From an uncultured Candidatus Saccharibacteria bacterium (GTDB lineage: Bacteria > Patescibacteriota > WWE3 > UBA101185 > UBA10185): DNA of 64,000 bases. The translations under genes and the position numbers were made by a program. The stretch is from contig CAYLVW010000004.1 in the NCBI GenBank assembly GCA_964387275.1, positions 10,525 to 74,524 of the forward strand, in the 5' to 3' direction. The first letter of the stretch is position 1. The number at the start of each line of letters is the position of its first letter. Shown here piece after piece: positions 46,131 through 55,520 of this stretch. The notes below the pieces were generated by a model. It did no database searches and was not told where the DNA came from. It worked only from the letters and a program-made list of their open reading frames with translations.

Positions 46131-46319
46131 TTACATCTTAGTAAACTTCGTAAGCCCAACATAAACCGCAGAAACTCCTACTAAAACGTAAACAACCTTA
46201 GTAACCATACTCATACCAAAAAGCATCTCAACCAAATTAAGGTTGAGTAGCCCGACTAACCCCCAATTAACCCCTCCTACCACCAATAGCAGTAGTGTAA
46301 CTGTACCTAAGTATTTCAT
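46131..46319 (-). CDS. DUF378-family small membrane protein
   Basis: MKYLGTVTLLLLVVGGVNWGLVGLLNLNLVEMLFG is the characteristic DUF378 N-terminal pattern. Confidence 0.7.
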   Translation of the reverse strand: MKYLGTVTLLLLVVGGVNWGLVGLLNLNLVEMLFGMSMVTKVVYVLVGVSAVYVGLTKFTKM

Positions 46320-46570
46320 TATCTAGTCACCCCCTATCCGGTTCTAAAAACTAAATACCATTAAACATCTATGTTTATGATTAGTTTAAGTGAATTTGTT
46401 TGGTAAATTGGGCCGAAAGAAAATTCATTGAAAAAAGGCAATAACAATATTGATAATTCACCCCAGAAATACCCTGAGAGAATGTTCATATAGATAATAA
46501 TACATACAAAGTATTGTCCTTAGCAATAGAGAAAAACACCTACACTTAAATAGTACAAACTGAACAAGTG

Positions 46571-46579
46571 TGCTATAAT
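46571..46579 (+). promoter_or_regulatory. extended -10 promoter element (TGcTATAAT) for the DEAD-box helicase leader
   Basis: Perfect TATAAT at 46574-46579 with an upstream TG. This predicts a 5'UTR of roughly 230 nt. Confidence 0.35.
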
Positions 46580-46813
46580 ACTTGACGTGATTGATCGAAA
46601 TTGATCAAAGTGATTTTGTCTTGATAGCGCTTCTTTGTTTAAACAAAGATTCAGTAATTGCTTACGTTGGTATTTGTAGGTATTTACACCAAGAGCTTGT
46701 TATTGCTGGTTTGTTTTCAAACCCCTTTACACTTTATCTGTTTTGCTCATCCGCGGCCATTTTTATTTTCGGCCACCGTGTTTTGAGCAAGTTCTCTAAC
46801 ACAGAAAGTTAAT

Positions 46814-48067
46814 ATGTATACAAAAAGATTTGGTTCTAGCAACCAAGGTAGTAAAAACTACGGCTCAAATAGATCATATGGTAGTAAAAAACCCGGAAGA
46901 AGTTTCGGAGGACTAGGTAGATCCAACTACAAAAATTATAGAGTTAAAAGAAACAATCCATATAGGGATCAGGTGATAAAGCACGAGATGTATATATCAA
47001 AAGCAACAGAGTCTGTTTATGAAGCAGTACATGACAAAGAAGTAGCATTTACAGACTTTCAATTACACCCAAAAATAATGCAGAATATTTCTAGAAAAAA
47101 TTATGTTTATCCTACAAAAATACAAGCTCAGGTAATTAAGCATATTATGGAAAAAAAAGACGTGGTTGGACTTGCAAGTACCGGTTCCGGTAAGACAGCT
47201 GCCTTTTTGATTCCGGCTGTTAATGCTGTTTTAAGTGATAACAGAAAAAGATGTTTAATAATTGCACCCACAAGAGAGTTAGTAAACCAAATCCAAGTTG
47301 AGTTAAGGCAATTTGCTGCAGGTACTTTTATTACCGACGTTTTAATTGTTGGTGGTGCCAGCTACTCTACACAAATTAGAGTGCTTAGGAAAAATCCCCA
47401 GTTTGTTATAGGTACACCGGGTAGATTAATTGATTTATTTGAAAAGAAGTTTTTAGATTTATCTCAGTTTGATGTTGTAGTTCTTGATGAGGTTGATCAA
47501 ATGCTTGATATGGGTTTTATTAATGATGTTAAGCTCATTATTTCCAAACTTAAACAACCAAGGCAATCGTTGTTTTTTTCAGCAACAATGTCACCTAAAA
47601 TTAGAGAGATTTCTGCATCTTTGCTAAGTAATCCTGTAACTATTGAGGTTGCAAAACAGTCAGCCTCTAAAAACGTAGACCAAGATGTAGTAAGAACAGG
47701 TTCGAGAAAGAAAATAGATGTTTTGCATGAACTACTTATAAATGCAGAATTTTCGAGGGTTTTGATTTTTTCAAGAACTAAAAGAGGTGCTGACGAGTTA
47801 GCTTACGCACTCCAAGCAAAAGGCCATAAAGCCGACGCACTTCATGGAAATAAGTCACTAAATGCTAGAACAAGAGTCCTCGCAATGTTTAGACGAGATG
47901 AGATTGATATTTTAGTTGCAACTGATGTGGCTTCTAGAGGAATAGACATTCCTGACATTTCACACGTTATAAATTACGATGAGCCTGCTACTTATGAAGA
48001 CTACATTCATAGGATTGGTAGAACAGGTAGGATTGGTAAAAAGGGTTGTGCCTTAACTTTTATTTAA
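46814..48067 (+). CDS. DEAD-box ATP-dependent RNA helicase (Walker B variant DEVD) with a Gly/Ser/Arg-rich N-terminal tail
   Basis: Q motif (FTDFQ...PTKIQ), ASTGSGKTAAF, PTRELVNQI, DEVDQM, SAT and HRIGRTGR. Confidence 0.9.
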   Translation: MYTKRFGSSNQGSKNYGSNRSYGSKKPGRSFGGLGRSNYKNYRVKRNNPYRDQVIKHEMYISKATESVYEAVHDKEVAFTDFQLHPKIMQNISRKNYVYPTKIQAQVIKHIMEKKDVVGLASTGSGKTAAFLIPAVNAVLSDNRKRCLIIAPTRELVNQIQVELRQFAAGTFITDVLIVGGASYSTQIRVLRKNPQFVIGTPGRLIDLFEKKFLDLSQFDVVVLDEVDQMLDMGFINDVKLIISKLKQPRQSLFFSATMSPKIREISASLLSNPVTIEVAKQSASKNVDQDVVRTGSRKKIDVLHELLINAEFSRVLIFSRTKRGADELAYALQAKGHKADALHGNKSLNARTRVLAMFRRDEIDILVATDVASRGIDIPDISHVINYDEPATYEDYIHRIGRTGRIGKKGCALTFI

Positions 48068-48154
48068 CTTGTCAGATTGTAGAGTTAATGATTGAGGAAG
48101 CTTTACTATCCTAAAATAGTATTTGACTCATTTGCTTAAGGGCAATTATTTTAA

Positions 48155-49660
48155 TTAGTTGTTTTCTACCTTTTGAATATCAAGAGCCACATTAACTGTA
48201 GAATCAGCTTGATCTACTAGTTTGAATTTTTCATCTATAATTATTTTTACTGGTACTATTATAGGTTCTGTTTGGCTAGATACATCGATAACTTCAGTTG
48301 CAATTTCGCTTGGGGCTTCACTTCCCTGTGGTACGAGAACTTCAACTTTCTCTGGGGTTACAGCTACACCTTTCAACTCAACTTCTTTTGGTGTATTACC
48401 CTTTGTCTTAGCAACTACAGAGATTTCCATTTTAGTGTATTTTTCTGAAGAAACTAAGACAGTCTGTGGTTCAAAGTCTACCAAACTAAGACCTGCTGGT
48501 ATTGATATATCTTTGCTTTCTATCTGTATTTTATTTAGCCCTGATTGTAAATTTCCTGCATTAATTTGTACAACAAAATCGGTCGCATCTATATTAGCAA
48601 AGCTTCCCTCACCTCTTCCTCTTGTACTAACTTTTAAGGATTTAGGCGTGTAGCTTTGTACTATTGTATCTTTAGGAACTTTATTAAATACAAGTTCAGC
48701 TTCAAATGTTTTTTCTACAATACCTGCCTGGTATGCCATGAAAAACCAAACTAAGAAAGCAACTATCATTGCCGAAACTTTATATTTTAAATTATGTTTG
48801 ATTATTCTATGAAGCCAATTTTCTGATTTTTCTTCGAATTTTGAAGTAATGTATTTTGCTAATTCTTTTTCAAGTTCAGAGTAGTCTTTAAGTGTTTTCA
48901 TCTTCCCGTCCCTGCATAATGAGATTTGGCCTTTTTCTTCTGAAACTACAATGCTAAGAGAGTCACTTACTTCTGAAAGACCCAAGGCAGCACTGTGTCT
49001 TGTACCATGCTTTCCTATTTCTTTAAAATTTGTAGATAGCGGAAGATGTGAGCCGAATAGCGTAATTCTGTTGTTGTTTATTATTAGTGCTCCATCGTGT
49101 CCTTCAGAATGCGGGTCGAAAACACTAAGCAGTACTTCTTCCGAAATAATACCATCAAGTTTAGTTCCTCCTTCTATATGTCTATCAATATTATCTCTAC
49201 CTTGAATTACAATAAGAGCACCTGTTTTTGATTCAGCCATTTTTACACAAGCTTGAATTATTTCAATAGCTGTAGGGGTTTTTTTATCTTGTTTGATTTG
49301 TCTTGTACCAATAAGCCCAAGTAGTTCAAAATATTTTCTTATTTCTGCCTGAAAAACAATCACTATCACAAGTACTGAAATACCTGCAAAATATCTAAGC
49401 GTCATCAATGTTACATACAAATTAAAATTAGTCGCTAAAAGATATAGTAGTACTGAAAAGGAAATTCCAATAAAGACCAGGTAGTTTTTTGAGTTTTTTA
49501 AGAAGATAAAGATTGAATAAATGAAAAGACCTGTAATTAGAATGTCCAGAAAATCTGTTACATACAAGTTAGTTCTTAATTCTAATAAATTTAACAGTAT
49601 CTGACTCATGGGTAAATTGTAACAATGATGTTTGCGTAATGGTAGTATTATGTTTTGCAA
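48155..49660 (-). CDS. cdaA: diadenylate cyclase CdaA fused to a C-terminal CdaR/YbbR-like domain
   Basis: Three N-terminal TM helices. DAC domain (ALIVIQGRD...HDGALIIN...GTRHSAALGLS). Then another TM and about 190 aa of beta-rich repeats resembling YbbR. Confidence 0.7.
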   Translation of the reverse strand: MQNIILPLRKHHCYNLPMSQILLNLLELRTNLYVTDFLDILITGLFIYSIFIFLKNSKNYLVFIGISFSVLLYLLATNFNLYVTLMTLRYFAGISVLVIVIVFQAEIRKYFELLGLIGTRQIKQDKKTPTAIEIIQACVKMAESKTGALIVIQGRDNIDRHIEGGTKLDGIISEEVLLSVFDPHSEGHDGALIINNNRITLFGSHLPLSTNFKEIGKHGTRHSAALGLSEVSDSLSIVVSEEKGQISLCRDGKMKTLKDYSELEKELAKYITSKFEEKSENWLHRIIKHNLKYKVSAMIVAFLVWFFMAYQAGIVEKTFEAELVFNKVPKDTIVQSYTPKSLKVSTRGRGEGSFANIDATDFVVQINAGNLQSGLNKIQIESKDISIPAGLSLVDFEPQTVLVSSEKYTKMEISVVAKTKGNTPKEVELKGVAVTPEKVEVLVPQGSEAPSEIATEVIDVSSQTEPIIVPVKIIIDEKFKLVDQADSTVNVALDIQKVENN

Positions 49661-49708
49661 AATTTGTAATATTAAGATAATTTCTGTAAAATTCCAACGA
49701 TTCTCAAT

Positions 49709-50332
49709 TTGGAGAAATCAAGAAGAGGGATTGATGTGAAAAGCCTGAATCCAAAACAGTATTTTGTTTTTTGTGCACTTGCTATTATGTTTATTGCTGC
49801 TTGTACACCAAGGCCTACTGTTACCCCTGTAGCCCCAGATAATCCTGTTGTTGCAGGAACTCAGGTTGCTGCTGTTAGGCCAGAGTCTGATAATAATTAC
49901 CAGTGGGATTACCGTTCTGTGGTAGCAGTTGATACACAAGTTTATACCATTATGATTGAAGTATATGGAAATACTACTAATTATTCAGAAACTAATGGTT
50001 CTATTAGTGGAATTGGGTTCTCTGGGTATTCTTCTATGTCCGGGCGAATCTGGCAGGATGGTAAGGGTATTTTGCCCATTATCCTTAAGAGTGTTTCCCC
50101 TTCTATCGCAGGTCTTGAAGCTGGTAGACTTATGATTATTAAGACTACAGATTTGAAAGCAATGGCTCTTGAACCTGGGTATATTACAGAGTTTAAGTGT
50201 AATCTTGATAACGAGGTTATTAGTCCTGTTACTAATGGGCAGATTCTTACAACTGATCGCCAAACTTATGAGTTTGATGATTGTCGTATGACTGATGGTA
50301 CCTTTGTCGTTAACTCGACTCAGGTTCCCTAG
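49709..50332 (+). CDS. lipoprotein (hypothetical)
   Basis: Signal peptide with lipobox IAAC. No recognisable motif. Confidence 0.5.
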   Translation: MEKSRRGIDVKSLNPKQYFVFCALAIMFIAACTPRPTVTPVAPDNPVVAGTQVAAVRPESDNNYQWDYRSVVAVDTQVYTIMIEVYGNTTNYSETNGSISGIGFSGYSSMSGRIWQDGKGILPIILKSVSPSIAGLEAGRLMIIKTTDLKAMALEPGYITEFKCNLDNEVISPVTNGQILTTDRQTYEFDDCRMTDGTFVVNSTQVP

Positions 50333-50338
50333 TCTTTT

Positions 50339-50380
50339 GCCTTAGGTGGCTACATTAGTAGTTGCCTAAGGCTTTTTTAT
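50339..50380 (+). terminator. rho-independent terminator
   Basis: GCCTTAGG...CCTAAGGC stem followed by TTTTTTATT, immediately after the lipoprotein stop. Confidence 0.6.
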
Positions 50381-50393
50381 TGTTCATACTAAT

Positions 50394-51179
50394 TTGATGG
50401 TGCAACTCTTTGTTATTTTTGTACTATCGATGTTTATATATTCTAGTTTGTGGTTTGTATACTCTTTGTTAGTGAGAAGAAATGATATTGCTGACACTGC
50501 ATGGGGTGTTGGGTTTGTATACTTAGTAGCTGTTACTGTTACTACCAGGCCTAGTGTTATAGAAAACGCAAGCTTTTGGATTGTTGCATTTTGTACCATC
50601 ATTTGGGCTGTCAGGTTGTCCTTACATATTCATCAGCGTAACAAAAAAAGAACCGAAGACTATAGATACAAAGAATGGCGTAATTCATGGGGAAAGTGGT
50701 TTTATATTAGAAGTTATCTTCAAGTGTTTTTACTCCAAGGCTTTCTTACTGTGATTATTTCTATAAGTTTATTGACTAGTGCGGTGACTAATAGTCAGGC
50801 TCTAAGTGTGATATCAGTATTGGGAATTATAATTTGGGTATTGGGATTTTTGATTGAAAGTATCGCAGACGCTCAATTATCGAAATTTACCTCTGAGTTA
50901 CAAAACTATGGAAAAATAATGACTAGTGGGCTTTGGTCCTACTCCAGACACCCAAATTATTTTGGAGAGGTATTACAGTGGTGGGGAATTTGGGTAATGA
51001 CAATCCCCAGTGGAATGTTTCTTCTGACCTTATTAAGTCCAGTTACTATAACTTTATTGGTTTCATACGTTTCTGGGATACCTCTTCTTGAAAATCGATA
51101 CAATGGGAACCTAGAATACGAGATTTATAAAAATAAGGTTAGCATATTTATACCTTGGTTTCCGAAAAAAACTTCTTAA
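50394..51179 (+). CDS. DUF1295 / steroid 5-alpha-reductase-like membrane protein
   Basis: Polytopic protein with SRHPNYFGEVLQWWGIW, the RHPNYFGE family signature. Confidence 0.7.
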   Translation: MMVQLFVIFVLSMFIYSSLWFVYSLLVRRNDIADTAWGVGFVYLVAVTVTTRPSVIENASFWIVAFCTIIWAVRLSLHIHQRNKKRTEDYRYKEWRNSWGKWFYIRSYLQVFLLQGFLTVIISISLLTSAVTNSQALSVISVLGIIIWVLGFLIESIADAQLSKFTSELQNYGKIMTSGLWSYSRHPNYFGEVLQWWGIWVMTIPSGMFLLTLLSPVTITLLVSYVSGIPLLENRYNGNLEYEIYKNKVSIFIPWFPKKTS

Positions 51180-51561
51180 CTACTACATAGACAAGTATAG
51201 AAACAGCTAGGTTCAGAAATGTTCCCCAAATAAGGTCTACAACAGTTACAATTACTGGCCAGTTTTTAAGCGTAGCTTGGTTTGTTAAATCGTAAGTAGC
51301 GTAAGTCACCAGTCCGTATAAACCACCATAGACTAGAGCTAATTTTGCCGAATTTTTGCTTAGTGCAGGCAATATAGAAAATACCATTAATCCTGCGAGT
51401 GCAATTATATAAAACATTGCCGCCGCTACAAAATCAGGTGTATCTGTTAGTAAGTGGCCTATGTGAGTTTTATAGAATTGCGGTGCTATTTGAGTCAACC
51501 AAATACCATCTATTAATACAAAAAATAATGTTGATGTTAAGAAAATTTTTAGATATTTCAT
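51148..51561 (-). CDS. small integral membrane protein (hypothetical, DUF2177-like)
   Basis: Four TM helices. MKYLKIFLTSTLFFVLIDGIWL N-terminus. Confidence 0.45.
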   Translation of the reverse strand: MKYLKIFLTSTLFFVLIDGIWLTQIAPQFYKTHIGHLLTDTPDFVAAAMFYIIALAGLMVFSILPALSKNSAKLALVYGGLYGLVTYATYDLTNQATLKNWPVIVTVVDLIWGTFLNLAVSILVYVVVKKFFSETKV

Positions 51562-51575
51562 TTACATATATTAAC

Positions 51576-54215
51576 TTACTTGGTGCTATTTATATACGCT
51601 ATGCGTTTGATATTAAGAATCTTGATAAGATCATTGACTAGGAGCATAAGTGAACTAAGCACTAATGCAATAACCCAACTAGTTATACCAATGCTTTGAG
51701 TCTCAAAGAAGGTTTTTGCTGGAGTATATAAGATTACTAGTGTAAACATAATTGATAGTACTGATGCAGTAACTAAGTTTCTGTTCACAAATGGAGACCT
51801 ATTTAAAGTAGTTTTCCTAAATGATCTGAAGTTAAACGCTGTTACGATTTCAACAATAATTAAGGTAACTAGGGCTGTAGTTCTACTTTCTTCATAATCA
51901 AATTTTAATATGTTATATGAAACAAAGTAAGCCAGAATAGTTGTAATTCCCATTGATAAAGCTGTAAGTAATAGTAATTTAATGAGTTCTTTATTCAATA
52001 TATTTTCTCTTTTTCTTGGTGCGTCACTCATAATATCATTTGAGGTGGGATTGGTTCCGAGTGTGAGTGCTGGTAAGTTATCTGTAACTAAATTCATAAA
52101 AAGTATCTGAATTGATACTAGTAGCGGAGTTTGCCAACCAAATATTGGAGCAAGTAGCATTCCAAAAAATAAAACTCCGAGCTCAGTTATGTTACAGCTT
52201 AGTTGATATGTCACAAATTTTCTAATATTGTTATAGACAGTTCTACCTTCTGCTATCGCAGCAACTATGGTTGCAAAGTTATCGTCTTTTAGGATTAAAT
52301 CTGACGCTGATCTTGAAACATCGGTACCATTTTTTCCCATAGCAATACCCACATGTGCTTCTTTGAGAGCTGGGGCATCATTTACACCGTCACCCGTCAT
52401 TGCAACAACCTCATCCATTTCTTTTAAGATCTTTACCAAGCGTATTTTATGTTCGGGTTTTACTCTTGCAAAAATTCCGGTTTCTTTTATTGCTATACTA
52501 AGTTCCTGATCGGTCATATTGTCAATATTTTTCCCCTCTAATACATTGCCCGTAATTCCAATTTGATCTGCTATTGACTTAGCTGTTTCTTTACTATCGC
52601 CTGTTGCCATGATAACTCTGATACCTGCTCTTTTTGCCATGGCGACTGAATTTATTGCCTCTTCTCTTGGTGGATCCTCCATAGCAACAAGTCCTAAGAA
52701 AGTGTAATTATCTTCGGTGTATTCACTTTCAGTTAAACCTATATTTTTGTAGGCAAGGCAGAGGGTTCTAAATGCATTGGAGGACATTTCTTTTGCAAGC
52801 ACCTCAATTTTTTCTTTTGATTCTGGGTTTATGGATTTAACTCCTGTTTTTGTAATCACACTTGTGCATTTATTAAGAAGAATCTCGGGAGCTCCTTTAG
52901 AAAAAACAATTATTTTATCAGTGTCTTTATAAGAAACTGACATCATCTTTTTCTCTGAATTGAAAGGATGTTCATCTACTCTTATTGTGTCGTAATCTTC
53001 TTTGTACATACTAGCCTTAGCACCAAGTACTAATAGTGCAGCTTCAGTAGGAGATCCTAGAGCTCTATACTCATTGTCTGTACCTGTTTTTTGTATTTCA
53101 GAATCATTGCATCTTATACCTGCTTCAATTAGTTTAATTAGTTCTTGGTGCTCTCTTAGTCTTATTTCCTCTCCATCCAATGTAATTCTGCCATGGCCGA
53201 CATAGCCACTTCCTCCTACCTCATATAGGATATTACCTGCGAATATAAATTTTACTGTCATTTCTCCTCTTGTTAATGTGCCTGTTTTATCCGAGCAAAT
53301 TGTGGTAACTTCACCCAAAGTTTCTATAATAGACATTCTATTTACAACTGCTTTTTTCTCAGACATTCTCTTTGCTCCTAGTGCTAGGGTAGTAATTAGA
53401 ACAACAGGAAGTCCTTCTGGAAATGCTGAAACCGACAAAGCTATCACAAGTATTAGTATTTCTGTAAGGGTACCGGCATCTAAATTCGGTGCTCTAAAAG
53501 CCATTAGAAGACCTGTTGCTAGTGAAGCTAGTAAAGCAACAGTTACCATATACTTTGCGATACTATTTACTTTTATTTGTAGAGGTAATTCTTTTTCCGC
53601 TGTAGATATTAGGTGGGCAATTTTTCCGAATCTTGTGTTCATACCGGTATGAGTTACTCTTGCTATTCCCCTGCCATTAACTATATAGGTTCCCATAAAT
53701 AGTTTTGATTCGTCTACCTCACTGTTACTGTTATTTAATTGTTTTTTTGTTATTTCTTTTGATTCACCTGTTAGTGCCGACTCGTTAAGTCGAAGCTCAT
53801 GAGACTCGAGTATTTCACAATCTGCGGGGATTTTTTCACCATTTGAAAGAAAAATAATATCACCTGGTACCAATTCTTTTGCAGGTACTTCTTGTTTTTT
53901 TCCGTTTCTTATGACTGTACAAACTGCCGAAATCATCTTTTTCAAGCTTGCAACTGCTTCTTCAGCTTTATATTCTTGTATGAACCCTACTGAAATTACT
54001 ACAATAATCACCGCACTTATTGTGTAAGCTGTTGTGTCCTTCCCTACTGCAAAAGAAATAACTACAGAAGCCAATAACATGTAGATTACAAAATTACTTT
54101 TGATTTGTCTGAAAAGTATTTTTAGTGGGGAAACTTTTTTGGTATCGATTATCTCGTTGTAACCGAATTCTTTGAGTTTATCTTGGGCTTCTTGTATCGA
54201 GAGTCCTTTGAGCAT
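51576..54215 (-). CDS. Ca2+-transporting P-type ATPase (type IIA, SERCA/PMR1-like)
   Basis: CSDKTGTLTRGEM, PEGLPVVLITTLALG (TM4), TGD and GDGVNDAPALKEAHVGIAMG. Confidence 0.85.
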   Translation of the reverse strand: MLKGLSIQEAQDKLKEFGYNEIIDTKKVSPLKILFRQIKSNFVIYMLLASVVISFAVGKDTTAYTISAVIIVVISVGFIQEYKAEEAVASLKKMISAVCTVIRNGKKQEVPAKELVPGDIIFLSNGEKIPADCEILESHELRLNESALTGESKEITKKQLNNSNSEVDESKLFMGTYIVNGRGIARVTHTGMNTRFGKIAHLISTAEKELPLQIKVNSIAKYMVTVALLASLATGLLMAFRAPNLDAGTLTEILILVIALSVSAFPEGLPVVLITTLALGAKRMSEKKAVVNRMSIIETLGEVTTICSDKTGTLTRGEMTVKFIFAGNILYEVGGSGYVGHGRITLDGEEIRLREHQELIKLIEAGIRCNDSEIQKTGTDNEYRALGSPTEAALLVLGAKASMYKEDYDTIRVDEHPFNSEKKMMSVSYKDTDKIIVFSKGAPEILLNKCTSVITKTGVKSINPESKEKIEVLAKEMSSNAFRTLCLAYKNIGLTESEYTEDNYTFLGLVAMEDPPREEAINSVAMAKRAGIRVIMATGDSKETAKSIADQIGITGNVLEGKNIDNMTDQELSIAIKETGIFARVKPEHKIRLVKILKEMDEVVAMTGDGVNDAPALKEAHVGIAMGKNGTDVSRSASDLILKDDNFATIVAAIAEGRTVYNNIRKFVTYQLSCNITELGVLFFGMLLAPIFGWQTPLLVSIQILFMNLVTDNLPALTLGTNPTSNDIMSDAPRKRENILNKELIKLLLLTALSMGITTILAYFVSYNILKFDYEESRTTALVTLIIVEIVTAFNFRSFRKTTLNRSPFVNRNLVTASVLSIMFTLVILYTPAKTFFETQSIGITSWVIALVLSSLMLLVNDLIKILNIKRIAYINSTK

Positions 54216-54330
54216 TGTTTTAAGTTTAGCAGTATGTATTTTCTTTGAGCAAGTTTTGTAACGTCTTTGTTGGTTTTTATTTTTGCTTTTTGATATTTTC
54301 TTTTAGTGTGTTTAGTTGGGTTAAGTTTGA

Positions 54331-54373
54331 GGGCCGGGCAGTTTGCAGCTTTGCTGCCAAAACTGCCCGGCCC
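54331..54373. terminator. GC hairpin (14-bp stem with an internal GCAGC-ttt-GCTGC mini-hairpin) downstream of thyA
   Basis: GGGCCGGGCAGTTT (54331-44) pairs with AAACTGCCCGGCCC (54360-73). Confidence 0.45.
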
Positions 54374-54419
54374 CACATCAAACACACAAAAATTTATCCA
54401 ACAAATCAAATCCTAAAAC

Positions 54420-55370
54420 TTACACAGCCATATCTGCAGAAATCCTACCCAAATGGTCATATCCACCGAACATAAAATGCTCAAATTGTGCATCAAGTAG
54501 ATAATTCTTAAACACAATCTCATCAAATCTAATCTTAGGTAATCCAGGCAGTGCCATATTAATTCTATCCAATTGTACCTTTGCGGCGTTCAGATGATTA
54601 GAATACAAATGCGCATCTCCAAATTGCACATACAACGTGTCTGGATCATAGCCACTATATTGTGCTATAAGCAAAAGCAGCACGGCATAAGATGTAATAT
54701 TAAAAGGCACTCCCAAAAACCAATCAGCACTTCTTTGGTACATTGTCATACTTAACTTGTTACCCTTAACATGCACCTGAAAAGCAAAATGACATGGCGG
54801 TAGTGCTACGTCATGAACTTGTTGGGGATTCCAAGCAAGCACCATATGCTGTCTTGACTCGGGTTTCTCTTTAAGGTTTAGGAGTAAATTTTTAATCTGA
54901 TCAACTCCTGTGCCTGATACACCATAACCTTTGAAATTCCTCCACATAGCTCCATAAACACCACCAAGATTACCATACGTAGCTGCAAACCCAGGATCAG
55001 AAAGTATGAATTTAGTGTAGTCCTCAATACCGATATTCGGAAAACCTTTACGTTTCTTGTTATATTCGTATGCGTTTGGAGTCCAAATCCCAACTTTATT
55101 TTCTAATAGATATCTAATATTACTACTACCACTTAGCATCCAGATAAGCTCAATAATTACAGATTTAATATGCACGAACTTGGTTCTAAGAACCGGTAGA
55201 GCATCAAAAGATACCGGAACTTTTAGACCAACTCCAAATTCACTTACTGTACCTACCCCTGTTCTATCTCTATCTACTAGTTCTATTTGTTGGGCAATGA
55301 TAAGTTTATCGTAAAGTCTTTTTAGTACTCTAAGGTATTGTTGTTCAAAATCCAGTACGGTATTGTCCAT
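54420..55370 (-). CDS. thyA: thymidylate synthase (ThyA type)
   Basis: ELIWML, WNPQQVHDVALPPCHFAFQ (catalytic Cys), YQRSADWFLGVPFNITSYAVLL and GDAHLYSNH. Confidence 0.9.
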   Translation of the reverse strand: MDNTVLDFEQQYLRVLKRLYDKLIIAQQIELVDRDRTGVGTVSEFGVGLKVPVSFDALPVLRTKFVHIKSVIIELIWMLSGSSNIRYLLENKVGIWTPNAYEYNKKRKGFPNIGIEDYTKFILSDPGFAATYGNLGGVYGAMWRNFKGYGVSGTGVDQIKNLLLNLKEKPESRQHMVLAWNPQQVHDVALPPCHFAFQVHVKGNKLSMTMYQRSADWFLGVPFNITSYAVLLLLIAQYSGYDPDTLYVQFGDAHLYSNHLNAAKVQLDRINMALPGLPKIRFDEIVFKNYLLDAQFEHFMFGGYDHLGRISADMAV

Positions 55371-55460
55371 TTTCTCTACCTCCGCTGTTTTTGTTAAGTT
55401 AACAGAAGGTCAGCACTTAGTAAAGATCCACACTATTGTTTTATTAGCCCAAAAACTTAT

Positions 55461-55507
55461 AGCATATAAAAAACCGCCTTGGGGTATTAAATACCTTACA
55501 GCGGTTT
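55461..55507 (-). terminator. rho-independent terminator (minus strand)
   Basis: On the minus strand, AAACCGC...GCGGUUU stem followed by UUUUUAUAU, just downstream of the stop at 55521. Confidence 0.5.
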
Positions 55508-55520
55508 ATAGAATTTAACC

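Noticed and set aside
46591-46812. 73-aa ORF inside the helicase leader
   Set aside because: No RBS and a hydrophobic low-complexity product. It ends exactly at the helicase start. More likely untranslated leader. An upstream leader peptide cannot be fully excluded.
54149-54475. Small ORFs 54149..54409 (-) and 54245..54475 (+) spanning the thyA-ATPase intergenic region
   Set aside because: They run across the GC hairpin and the lysine-rich AT-rich promoter region. No RBS. Likely non-coding.
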